Part shown: positions 20,544 to 29,344 of the stretch, one piece after another
Position numbering within the stretch: position 1 is the stretch's first letter
Layout of the letters: each line of letters begins with the position of its first letter
Sequence record: DRR723986_6299
DNA: 38,141 nt
Reading direction: 5' to 3' (one strand)
The notes under the pieces: model-generated
Told to the model about the DNA's origin: nothing
Seen by the model: the letters and a program-made list of their open reading frames with translations, nothing else
The model's database searches: none
Made by a program: the position numbers and the translations under genes

Positions 20544-20849
20544 TCAGGAATCCTGGAACTTGCTCACTGGCACCGGTGGTTCCAGGTACATGCCGAAGAG
20601 GTAAGGGCCCATGCGCCAACGGATTTCCGTAAAGACCCGGGTCAGTTCCTTGTCGTCATCGATCAGCACCCGGTCCGGCACCGGCAGGTCCGGGTCCTGA
20701 ACGACGATGCCGATGTCGCCGTTCTCAAGGTCGTAAAGCGTGCATTCGCTCAGGTGCGTGCTGTCCAGATTGAGCAGCTTGCCTGATCGCAGCCGCGCTC
20801 TTGTTGCAGGCACCGGCCTGCCTTCAAGGGGGGAATTTGATCGCGTCAT
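20544..20849 (-). CDS. Small PilZ-like domain protein
   Basis: R-rich N-terminus RARLRSGKL, ECTLYDL..G, IRWR...LFGM.L pattern typical of rhizobial single-domain PilZ proteins. Confidence 0.6.
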   Translation of the reverse strand: MTRSNSPLEGRPVPATRARLRSGKLLNLDSTHLSECTLYDLENGDIGIVVQDPDLPVPDRVLIDDDKELTRVFTEIRWRMGPYLFGMYLEPPVPVSKFQDS

Positions 20850-21015
20850 GGCTAAAGACCGCTCGCTCCGTCGGACCTGTTGAAATTACGGAGGATGTTC
20901 TAGGCAGCGTAGCTTGCGCAGGACTGGAAGGTGTTTTGGGCCCGATGACCTTCCGGCCGACACCGCCCAGGGCCTGCCGTGTCGCAGGGACTGTCTCCAA
21001 TTCACGCGGGCTGAC

Positions 21016-21402
21016 ATGCTGAAGGACACCATCAAGACCTGGGCAAAGCGCATCAAGCGAGATCTCCATGCCCTTTACCTGGCTGGAAGGGATCCGAGGG
21101 TTCCCTGGTATGTGAAGGCCCTGGCCATCGCAACCGCAGCCTATGCTCTGTCACCCATTGACCTGATTCCGGATTTCATTCCGGTGATCGGATATCTCGA
21201 CGATCTGCTTCTCGTGCCGCTCGGCATCTACCTGGTGGTGAAGTTCATTCCACCGCAGGTGATGGAGGACTGCCGGGTGGAAGCTGACAGGAGATCGGAA
21301 AAGCTGCCTGCCAGCAAAATGGCGGCAGTCCTGGTTCTACTGCTCTGGATCGGTGCGGCGTTGGCTGCACTTTTGTGGTTCTGGCGGCGTGTTTCTGTCT
21401 AA
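21016..21402 (+). CDS. YkvA/DUF1232 family membrane protein
   Basis: DPRVPWYVK, YALSPIDLIPDFIPVIGYLDD. Confidence 0.93.
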   Translation: MLKDTIKTWAKRIKRDLHALYLAGRDPRVPWYVKALAIATAAYALSPIDLIPDFIPVIGYLDDLLLVPLGIYLVVKFIPPQVMEDCRVEADRRSEKLPASKMAAVLVLLLWIGAALAALLWFWRRVSV

Positions 21403-21620
21403 TCTTCCGGAGTTTTTTCGGGCTCGTAAATCAGAATGTCACCGGGTTGGCAGTCGAGCACGTCGCAGATCTTTTCCAGGGTCTCGAAACGGACACCCTT
21501 CACTTTTCCGGACTTGAGCAGCGAAACATTCTGCTCGGTGATGCCAATGCGTTCGGCAAGCTCCTTGGACCGCATCTTCCTGCGGGCGAGCATTACGTCC
21601 AGTTCAATGATGATGGGCAT
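21399..21620 (-). CDS. YozG-like XRE/Cro helix-turn-helix regulator
   Basis: MPIIIELDVMLARRKM..KELAERIGIT..NVSLLKSGKVKGVRFETL..IC.VLDCQPGDIL. Confidence 0.93.
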   Translation of the reverse strand: MPIIIELDVMLARRKMRSKELAERIGITEQNVSLLKSGKVKGVRFETLEKICDVLDCQPGDILIYEPEKTPED

Positions 21621-21966
21621 GAAGGGACCCCCGGCGCTGTCGCTTGCTTATTTTTCGATTTTCTTCTGCGAGCTGGACGGCCTTACGCAAGAGAGAGATG
21701 AGCAAGGCATGAGCGTCCCGAGAATCATGCCTGATATTTCACTGCCATCAGCCACGGCGTCAACAATCCTTTGTTCTTGTGAAAGCTTCCGGCGCGCAAA
21801 CGCGACTGGCCGTGGATGACCGGGAGCCTTGTTGCTTGCAAAGGCTGAGAGAAGGTGCGGGGGCTGATGACATCTGCCCACCTCGGTGCCACCGTGCATG
21901 AGGCCGAGTTGCCGGAGACAGGCAACGCCATTGATGTTCAGCATTCGCAACGCTCCATGGTCCACC

Positions 21967-22548
21967 TCAAATGAACTGCTGGTTCTCGTCTGCAATCAGG
22001 GCAGCCTCGCGAAGGATCCAGCCGAACAGCAGCATCAAGGCACCAAGGACGAGAAAGAAGATCTCGCCACCGTCCAGACTGATGTCGACGGTGCGCTGGC
22101 CCGGGGGAAAGTCATAGGTCAGGAGGACCGAGCCGATCGGATCGCTGATCAGGTCGAAGACCGCGAACACGATAAGCCAGATGCCGAAGGAAAACACGTT
22201 TGCAAGCGTCTTAGGCGAGAAGAACTCCATCTTCTGAAACCGCTTGAAGACCTGACGGATGTTCCAGCCCACCGCCAGCAGCAGACTGAAGGCAATGGCT
22301 GCCAGTATGGATATTCCGATGCGCTGCACCTGCGGAATGTCACCCAGCATGCGTTCAGTATCGGCGACATCAAATGTTTCTTGCGCACCGATCATCAACT
22401 CGTTCGGCAGGGCGATACCGATCGTGACGACCACGCCCAGACCAAGCAGGATCAACAGGATGATGGTGACGGCCCATTTCATGAACGCGGATACACGCCG
22501 GATCCGCGTCAGCCGCTTCTCCCGTTCCGCCCATTCAAGTTCGCTCAT
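21967..22548 (-). CDS. DUF2975 domain membrane protein
   Basis: Four predicted TMs, FKRFQKMEFFS, C-terminal ILREAALIADENQQFI; GGAG SD. Confidence 0.9.
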   Translation of the reverse strand: MSELEWAEREKRLTRIRRVSAFMKWAVTIILLILLGLGVVVTIGIALPNELMIGAQETFDVADTERMLGDIPQVQRIGISILAAIAFSLLLAVGWNIRQVFKRFQKMEFFSPKTLANVFSFGIWLIVFAVFDLISDPIGSVLLTYDFPPGQRTVDISLDGGEIFFLVLGALMLLFGWILREAALIADENQQFI

Positions 22549-22599
22549 CGGTTACTCCGCATCGTGTCATTGCGGCATCGTATCTAGTTCATCTGTCGG

Positions 22600-22690
22600 G
22601 AAAACACAAATTCAAAAACATTGCTATTGACAAAAAAATTATTGCAATCAATTTTCAAATTATCGTTTTACATTAATTTTTTAAATTTGT
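22600..22690. promoter_or_regulatory. AT-rich divergent promoter region with candidate XRE operator(s)
   Basis: TTGACA at 22627; imperfect palindrome AAATTATCGTTTTACATTAATTT (22657-22679) and a related AAATTATTGCAATCAATTTT just upstream. Confidence 0.5.
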
Positions 22691-22728
22691 GAGGCGATGA
22701 GATTGTCATACATGAAGTGAGATCACTG

Positions 22729-23484
22729 ATGGTAAGTTCCTTTGCCAATTATGTTTTTCGTGCGCCGCCGGCCATCGGGCGCGGTCGCTCCAGGCAACGC
22801 CCCGGTGTGATCAGGCGTGTTCTGCGGAGCCACTGGCTGTTGGAGCCGCTGGTTCTGTGCGCCGTTCTTGGTGTGCTTGTCGTTGGCGCGAGTGCTGCCG
22901 ATCTGGAGACTTTTGACGCTCCTGTCTATTCGCAAGCGCCACAGTCGCTCTGGGCTGGGCCTTATCTCGGCTTTGAAGCAGGTGTTTCGCAAACCGTGAC
23001 AGACGTCAAATCAGGCGGTCGATCGAAGGATTTTTCAAGGGTCGACGCAGCGTTCGGTCTTTTCGGCGGCTACAACTGGGAAGTTTCCCACTTCGTCCTG
23101 GGTGTCGAAGGCGGTGCGGCCTATCTCGGCGGCCGTGAAAAAGGCAACCATCCGACGCTGGGCACTATCGAGACAGGATCCAAGTGGACGATCAATGCCA
23201 AGGCCCGGGTCGGCGTGCCAATCAACAACGTCATGCCTTATCTCAGCCTCGGTATTGCTGCGACAGAACACAGCCTCAAGGCGAACGGGACGGAGAGAAA
23301 CTCCGTTTCGATTGGTCCGGTGATCGGCGGGGGTGTCGAGGTTGCGGTAACGGATGCGTGGCATCTCAGGGCGGACTACTCGATGACCGGGATCCTGGAC
23401 GAGAAGGCCGGATATGGCGGTACGAAGGTAGATCGGACGGCCGGTAACCATCGGCTCATGATCGGGCTCTCCCGTTCGTTCTGA
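22729..23484 (+). CDS. Omp25/Omp31/RopB-like 8-stranded outer-membrane beta-barrel protein
   Basis: ASA-AD cleavage site, WAGPYLG, GGYNW....VLGVEG, ARVG, GGGVEVAVTDAWHLRADY, terminal Phe; start uncertain (22729 or GTG at 22807). Confidence 0.88.
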   Translation: MVSSFANYVFRAPPAIGRGRSRQRPGVIRRVLRSHWLLEPLVLCAVLGVLVVGASAADLETFDAPVYSQAPQSLWAGPYLGFEAGVSQTVTDVKSGGRSKDFSRVDAAFGLFGGYNWEVSHFVLGVEGGAAYLGGREKGNHPTLGTIETGSKWTINAKARVGVPINNVMPYLSLGIAATEHSLKANGTERNSVSIGPVIGGGVEVAVTDAWHLRADYSMTGILDEKAGYGGTKVDRTAGNHRLMIGLSRSF

Positions 23485-23592
23485 TCTGACTCCTGACAAG
23501 CCAACCCTGTCGGGCACATTTGTCCGGCAGCATGGAACGGCTGCGCTTTTCCCACTGAGCGCAGCCGTTTCCCTTTGTCTTTGTTGGCTCTG

Positions 23593-24948
23593 TTATCCGT
23601 AGACCAGGTTCGGCAACCAGGTGATCAGTCCGGGGAACAGCATGCACAATGCCAGTCCAAGCACCTGAAGCGCCAGGAAGGGCAGGGCAGACTTGAAGAT
23701 GTCTGTCATCGGAATGTCCGCCGGAGCGACGCCTCGCAGGTAGAAGAGTGCGTAGCCGAACGGTGGTGACAGGAAGCTCATCTGCATGTTCACCAGATAG
23801 AGAACACCGAACCACAGCACCAGATCGTCCGGGCTGTCGAGCCCGAAGGAGGCCGCTCCGAGCGCCTTGATGATCGGCACGAAGATCGGCACGCACAGGA
23901 GCAGGATGCCGACCCAGTCCAGGAACATGCCCAGGACGACAAGCACGATCTGCATGATGATCAGAATGCCCCATGGGCCGAGGCCGGTGGCTTCCAGCGC
24001 GCCTTGCACGAACTGCTGACCGCCTTCCAGTACATAGAGACCAACGAAGATGGTCGCGCCGAACATGATCCAGATCACCATGGCCGAAGCCTTCAAGGTG
24101 GTCAGCGAGGCTTCGCGCAGTGTCTGCCAATCGAGATTGCGGTGGATGGCGGCCACGACTATGGCGCCGAAGGTGCCGATGCCGGCTGCTTCCACCGGAG
24201 TTGCGACGCCGGTGAAGATCACGCCCAGCACGATCACGATCAGCGCGATCGGAGCGGACATGTTCGACAGCAGCCGGACCTTTTCCTTGAACGGAATACG
24301 TTCTTCCTCCGGGATCGGCGGGCCTTTTCTGGGGTCTATCATGCAGCTGACGATCACATAAAGGATGTAGAGCCCGGACAGCAGCAGGCCGGGAATGACC
24401 GCGCCGATGAAGAGCTCACCAACGGACTGTTCGGCCACGACGGCGTAGATGATTGCCAGGATCGACGGCGGGATCAGGATGCCAAGCGTTCCGCCGGCCA
24501 TGATCGAGCCCATGGCGATCTTCGGATCGTAGTTTCGCTTCAGCATGGCGGGCAGGGCGATGATGCCCATCGTGACAACGGCCGCCCCGATGACACCCAC
24601 CATGGCCGCCAGTACGGTGGAGGCGATGATGGTGGCAGCCGCCAGGCCGCCCTTCACGCCGCCAAGCACCTTGTAGATGACATCGAACATGTCGTTGATG
24701 ATGCCGGCCCGTTCCAGCATCGATGCCATGAATATGAACAGCGGGATTGCCGATAGCTGGTAGTTGGTCATCAGCGGAAAGATGCGCGACGGCACGATGT
24801 TGAGCGCCCGCTCGTCACCCAGGACGAACAGGAACACACAGGCGAGCCCTCCCGTAACGAAGGCCAGCGGCAGCCCTGCCATCAAGAGGACCAGCAGCGA
24901 GCCGAACATGATGAGTGTCAGCCACTCGATTCCGATTTCAAGTCCCAT
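23593..24948 (-). CDS. dctM: TRAP transporter large permease
   Basis: GLPLAF, AIPLFIFM, GGTLGILIPPSI, ATPVEAAG, FLSPPFGYALFYL. Confidence 0.95.
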   Translation of the reverse strand: MGLEIGIEWLTLIMFGSLLVLLMAGLPLAFVTGGLACVFLFVLGDERALNIVPSRIFPLMTNYQLSAIPLFIFMASMLERAGIINDMFDVIYKVLGGVKGGLAAATIIASTVLAAMVGVIGAAVVTMGIIALPAMLKRNYDPKIAMGSIMAGGTLGILIPPSILAIIYAVVAEQSVGELFIGAVIPGLLLSGLYILYVIVSCMIDPRKGPPIPEEERIPFKEKVRLLSNMSAPIALIVIVLGVIFTGVATPVEAAGIGTFGAIVVAAIHRNLDWQTLREASLTTLKASAMVIWIMFGATIFVGLYVLEGGQQFVQGALEATGLGPWGILIIMQIVLVVLGMFLDWVGILLLCVPIFVPIIKALGAASFGLDSPDDLVLWFGVLYLVNMQMSFLSPPFGYALFYLRGVAPADIPMTDIFKSALPFLALQVLGLALCMLFPGLITWLPNLVYG

Positions 24949-24951
24949 CGA

Positions 24952-26286
24952 TCAAGCCCTGCCCATCACTGCGCGGATGTCCTGCGCGAATTTGGAAATT
25001 CCCTGGAGCACCAGCAGCAACCCGCCGAGCACCATGACCCACTTCATTGGCCAGAGCGGCACTTCCCATTCGTTGAAGCTGATTTCGCCCCAGCGGATGT
25101 TCGGATCGGCCCATTGGGCCAGGTTCCAGCTTGCAACGACATCGCTGAAGCCGATTTCACCGCGTGCCCAGTCAGATACCAGCGAGTTGCCGGAGGGAAC
25201 CGCGATGGCATCGAAGGCGAAGATCCACGAAGTCACCAGCAGGGTGCCGGCGAAGATGAAGAAGAAGACGGATGTCAATAGATCGACAATTGCCTTGCGG
25301 CGCGGCGACAGCGGCGCATAGAAGACATCGACCCGTACGTGGGATTCCGTCAGCATGGCGTAGGAACCGGCGATCAGGTACTGCATGCCGAACATGAGGT
25401 ACATCGCCTCGTGAGCCCAGTTGGTCGGGCTGCCGAAGACGTAGCGGCTCATGACCTCGAAGTAGTAGACAAGAACGGCGATCACCGCCCAGTAGCTGAC
25501 AAACTCGCCACAGTAGAGCGAGAGCCGGTCAATCCAGCCGGTCCAGCCGGAAGAGACGTGATCCGCATCGTCCTTGCGCTCGGCTTCTTCCAGCTCCTTG
25601 AGCTTCTTTTCCGCCTCGCTGAGTTCCGGGTCCGGTGGCAGGTTTTCGTTTGCTTTGGAAACCAGCCGGGGCAGGAGGAGTGCGTCGACCGCCACACCTG
25701 CAAGCAGGAGCCAGAAGGCATACTTGGCAACATTGCCCCAGAAATCGAGGGTTTCGCGAGCTGTTACGGCAGCTGGTCGGGCGGTCTCCAGAGTTGCCTC
25801 GGCCTCGGCAACCCGGGTCTTGCCCTGTTCGACACGTTGTTCGGCGCGCTGGACATCCCGTTCCGCGCGGCGCTTGGCAAAGCTGCCTTCTTCGGCCTGC
25901 GCTTCCGCCTCGGCGAGCTTTTGGCGCAAGGCAGGAAGATCGGCCTCTGCGGTCTTCACCCTTTCGCCTTCGCGCTCGAGCGTCCGTTCCGCCTGTCGCA
26001 CTGCGTTGGCCATGTCCGAGACAACCGCGCGCGCATCCTGGCTTTGCGCGTTGGCGTAGAGGATCAGCACGAAGACCGGGATATAGACCAGCCCGATCAG
26101 GCTTTTCAGGTAAAGCCGATGCAGACCCAGGATGCCGCCGGTGACAAGAATGAAATAGCCGAGCACCAGCGAGTAGCGCCGTTCAGTCGGCTTCGGCCGC
26201 TTGGCAAGGGCAGCGGCGATCAGCGGAAAGATGATCAGCCCCAGCCAATAGGCCCAATGCGGCAGGGTAAAGTCCAGATGAGGCAT
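24952..26286 (-). CDS. dctQ: TRAP transporter small permease with an N-terminal TM2-like and coiled-coil extension
   Basis: C-terminal DctQ motifs IDRLS, EVMSRYVFGSPTNWAHE, HVRVDVFY, PLWPMK, LQGIS; lies between dctP and dctM. Confidence 0.9.
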   Translation of the reverse strand: MPHLDFTLPHWAYWLGLIIFPLIAAALAKRPKPTERRYSLVLGYFILVTGGILGLHRLYLKSLIGLVYIPVFVLILYANAQSQDARAVVSDMANAVRQAERTLEREGERVKTAEADLPALRQKLAEAEAQAEEGSFAKRRAERDVQRAEQRVEQGKTRVAEAEATLETARPAAVTARETLDFWGNVAKYAFWLLLAGVAVDALLLPRLVSKANENLPPDPELSEAEKKLKELEEAERKDDADHVSSGWTGWIDRLSLYCGEFVSYWAVIAVLVYYFEVMSRYVFGSPTNWAHEAMYLMFGMQYLIAGSYAMLTESHVRVDVFYAPLSPRRKAIVDLLTSVFFFIFAGTLLVTSWIFAFDAIAVPSGNSLVSDWARGEIGFSDVVASWNLAQWADPNIRWGEISFNEWEVPLWPMKWVMVLGGLLLVLQGISKFAQDIRAVMGRA

Positions 26287-26331
26287 GCCTCTCCCTTCCC
26301 CAGGGGAAACAAGCCCCTGTTGAGTTGAACA

Positions 26332-26359
26332 GGACCCGCGCGGCTGGCCGCGCGGGTCC
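26332..26359 (-). terminator. Intercistronic stem-loop after dctP
   Basis: Perfect IR GGACCCGCGCGGC-TG-GCCGCGCGGGTCC; typical position for boosting binding-protein mRNA over permease mRNA. Confidence 0.65.
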
Positions 26360-26382
26360 GTTTCCCGAGACGTCGTCTGGGA

Positions 26383-27489
26383 TCAGAGGTCGAGTTCGAG
26401 GCCTTCGACCTGCTCCGGCGTGACGTAGCCGAGTGAACCGGACATCATGTAGTCAAGCTGAATCTTGAAGAGGCGCGCGCTGTCCTTGTCCCGGTTCGCA
26501 TAGTTGAACCAGATCGGAACGGCGACTTCGGTCATCAGTTCGACATCGTCCTGGCTGAGCCGGGTGATTTCGGTGCCGTCGGCCTCGAACTTCGCCCAGG
26601 CTTCCTGGTCTGCCTTCTGGATGGCTGCATGGTGCATGTCGGAATAGACGTGTGTTTCCATCTCGACGAACTGCTGCATCTGCGGGCTGAGCGCATTCCA
26701 GGCATCCATGCCGACGGTGATGTCCATCAGGTCGACCGGCTGATACAGCGACATGAAGCCCGGAGGGCCCATGGAGATGTATTTGGTGACCTGGCTGAAG
26801 CCGAGGGCGTAGTTGACCGCCGGACCGACATAATCGGCGACGTCGATGGTGCCTTTTTCAAGTGCGGGGAAAATCTCCGATCCCGGAAGCACCGTCGTTT
26901 CCGCGCCGATCTCTGTGAAGACTTCGGCGACCATGCCGCCCGGCAGGCGCATCTTGCGGCCGCGGAAGTCATCGATGGAGCGGATCGGCACCTTGGAGTG
27001 GATGATGTTGGGGCCGTGATGCACCGGTCCGACAAACATCATATTCTGTGCGGCGTAGAGTTCACGGGCGATTTCGAGACCGCCAAGGGAATAGTAGAAC
27101 ACGTCCCATTCGTGCGGGTTGCGCATACCGAGCGGATAACTCGTCAGGAAGGTGGCCGCGGGGATGATGCCCTGCGCATAGATCGTGAACGGGTTGACCG
27201 CGTCCAGAACGCCGTTCTTGACGGCGTCGAACAGCTGGAAATCGCCCACGACGTCGTTGGCGCCGAATGGCTGGAAGGCGAGCTCCCCGCCTGTCTTTTC
27301 GGCAATAGTTGCGCACCAGTCCTTGAAGATCTGCAAACCGGCGCCGCCTGGCCAGGACGTCTGGATTTTCCAGGTCGTCGTCTGGCCTTGTGCCGAAGCG
27401 ATATGCGGCGCAGCGAGTGTCGCTGCTCCGACCGTGCCGGCACCTGCGAGCGTCCGCAGGGCCTGCCTGCGTGTCGTAAGTTGTTTCAT
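26383..27489 (-). CDS. dctP: TRAP substrate-binding protein, Tat-exported, TakP/lactate-binding-like
   Basis: TRRQAL signal, AAPHIASAQ, WKIQTSW, FDAVKNG, KMRLPG (conserved Arg), EIFPALEKGTID; GGAGG SD. Confidence 0.93.
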   Translation of the reverse strand: MKQLTTRRQALRTLAGAGTVGAATLAAPHIASAQGQTTTWKIQTSWPGGAGLQIFKDWCATIAEKTGGELAFQPFGANDVVGDFQLFDAVKNGVLDAVNPFTIYAQGIIPAATFLTSYPLGMRNPHEWDVFYYSLGGLEIARELYAAQNMMFVGPVHHGPNIIHSKVPIRSIDDFRGRKMRLPGGMVAEVFTEIGAETTVLPGSEIFPALEKGTIDVADYVGPAVNYALGFSQVTKYISMGPPGFMSLYQPVDLMDITVGMDAWNALSPQMQQFVEMETHVYSDMHHAAIQKADQEAWAKFEADGTEITRLSQDDVELMTEVAVPIWFNYANRDKDSARLFKIQLDYMMSGSLGYVTPEQVEGLELDL

Positions 27490-27811
27490 GGTATCCTCCC
27501 AAATAGGTCTGGGAGCAAATGAGCGCTCGCGCGGGGAGTGTTTCAACGCCCCTTCTTCTTCGCGGAGACAAACCAGCTGTTTGTGTTCTTAAGCAGTTGT
27601 TTTGTAACTGGTTCGGGATGACCTCGAGGAAGTCTGTCGCTCTTCTTTTCCTCCCAACCAAGGGAAGGATATTACACTTACAGAATCCTGCAACCTTGCC
27701 GGACGCTCAAAACATCTTTTCCTTTTTGGAAAAAATGGCCGGAACTGTTTTGAAAATAGAGAAACACAAAGCTGGCGCTGTCTCCACTTCCTGAAGGGAA
27801 GTGGTGTCAGG

Positions 27812-28474
27812 TCAGCCGAGTGTGGCGAGCCCTGTCAGATCCGCCAGAACCGCCTTGGGAGAAAGGTCCGGATATTCGTCAGGCATGCCCATCCGGTTCA
27901 TCCACACGGTACGGAACCCGAATGCGGTAGCACCGGCAATATCCCAACGGTTTGAAGACTGGAAGGAAACCTCTTCCGGATAGATCCGGAAATGGGTCGT
28001 GACCATTTCATAGACCTGCGGATCGGTCTTGAAGGTTCGAAGCGCGTCGACGGAAAAGATCTCGTCGAAAAGTTCCGTCAATCCGGCGGCCTTGGCGGCA
28101 GCTTCGAGCATGGCCGGAGATCCGTTGGACAGGATTGCGATTTTAGCGCCGGTTGCCTTGAGGTTGGTCAGCACCTGCGGCACTTCCGGGTAACAATCAA
28201 GTTCCCAATAGGCGCTGAGAAGATCTTCGCGCAACGACTTGTCAGCGGAAGGCACCAGGGCGAATGCGGTGTCCAGGCCTTGCTGGGTCAGTTCCCAGAA
28301 GTCCAGATACTTGCCCATGAGGGCACGCACCCAGGAATATTCAAGCTGCTTTTCCCGCCAGAGAGACGACAGCCTCTGGGCATCCGGTCCAAGCTTCTCC
28401 GCATGTTTGCGGACGGCGGCATGCACATCGAACAAGGTTCCATACGCATCGAACACGTAAGCTGCATGCGCCAT
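27812..28474 (-). CDS. Haloacid dehalogenase type II (L-2-haloacid dehalogenase-like)
   Basis: FDAYGTLFD, WREKQLEYSW, ILSNG, FK.DP.VY, SSNRWD. Confidence 0.93.
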   Translation of the reverse strand: MAHAAYVFDAYGTLFDVHAAVRKHAEKLGPDAQRLSSLWREKQLEYSWVRALMGKYLDFWELTQQGLDTAFALVPSADKSLREDLLSAYWELDCYPEVPQVLTNLKATGAKIAILSNGSPAMLEAAAKAAGLTELFDEIFSVDALRTFKTDPQVYEMVTTHFRIYPEEVSFQSSNRWDIAGATAFGFRTVWMNRMGMPDEYPDLSPKAVLADLTGLATLG

Positions 28475-28595
28475 CTTCAAGACCTCCAAGCCCTTTCACG
28501 AAACCGCGGAAGAGAACAGCCTGCGGCCTCCTGCGTCAAGCGCAGCTATCTGCGACAAAGGTCGCAGGCAAGACTTATACAACAATTGTGCCCTG

Positions 28596-29030
28596 CTATT
28601 GGACTGGAGGCAGGGTGATTGCGCCATCCTCTTCCACCGGCCAGAACGGGTTATAGGCAATCTCGAGCAGGTGACCGCCGGGGACTTCCACGTAAGAGGA
28701 ATACCCGCCCCAGAAGGCTTTCTGGGGTTCCTTGACCGATCGGGCACCCGCGGCGAGCGCTTTCAGGAAGCTTGTGTCCACCTCGGCTTCCGACCTGCCG
28801 TTCCAGGCGAGCGTCACCGCACCGGTGGGGCTGCCGGTAACAGAGCGTCCGATTTCCTCTTCCAGGGAGGCGCGGCCATAGAGGGCAAATACACTGCCGG
28901 GAACCTGGAAAAAGACCACTTCTGGGCCCGGCGAGGAATGAACCTGCCATCCCAGGCCGTCTTCGAAGAAGCGGCGTGCCTCGGCAACGTCTTCGACAAC
29001 GAGCGTCGTCACGGAAATGCGCTGTTCCAT
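28596..29030 (-). CDS. VOC/glyoxalase family protein
   Basis: RISVTTLVVEDV..ARRFFEDGLGW, PQKAFWGGYSSY...PGGHLLEIAYNP. Confidence 0.92.
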   Translation of the reverse strand: MEQRISVTTLVVEDVAEARRFFEDGLGWQVHSSPGPEVVFFQVPGSVFALYGRASLEEEIGRSVTGSPTGAVTLAWNGRSEAEVDTSFLKALAAGARSVKEPQKAFWGGYSSYVEVPGGHLLEIAYNPFWPVEEDGAITLPPVQ

Positions 29031-29344
29031 TCTGAACTCCCAAAATTGCAACAAGAACATATAGTGAACTTTGTGTGGCGAGAGTCAATGGTCCGAGGGC
29101 GGGGGCATTGTTTCCAAGCCAAGGGTCGGTGAGGGGATCCACATCTTGTCATTGCAGAACCCGACTTGAAAAATTGATGTCGCTCAAGTGGGTGTTTTGG
29201 TGATTTTTATCCTGATATCACCGTATCTTGCGAAGAATGACAGCAACTTTCCTCAATTTCGCGGTAAGCTATTGACCTGCCGGGATGAGCGGTGTTGTTT
29301 CGGCGGACAGACTGCACAACCGCAGCGCAGAAAAGGGAAGAGAC

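Noticed and set aside
21725..21958. TGA read-through joining MERCEC to the 68-aa ORF as a selenoprotein
   Set aside because: No recognisable SECIS, a non-protein-like product and no family resemblance.
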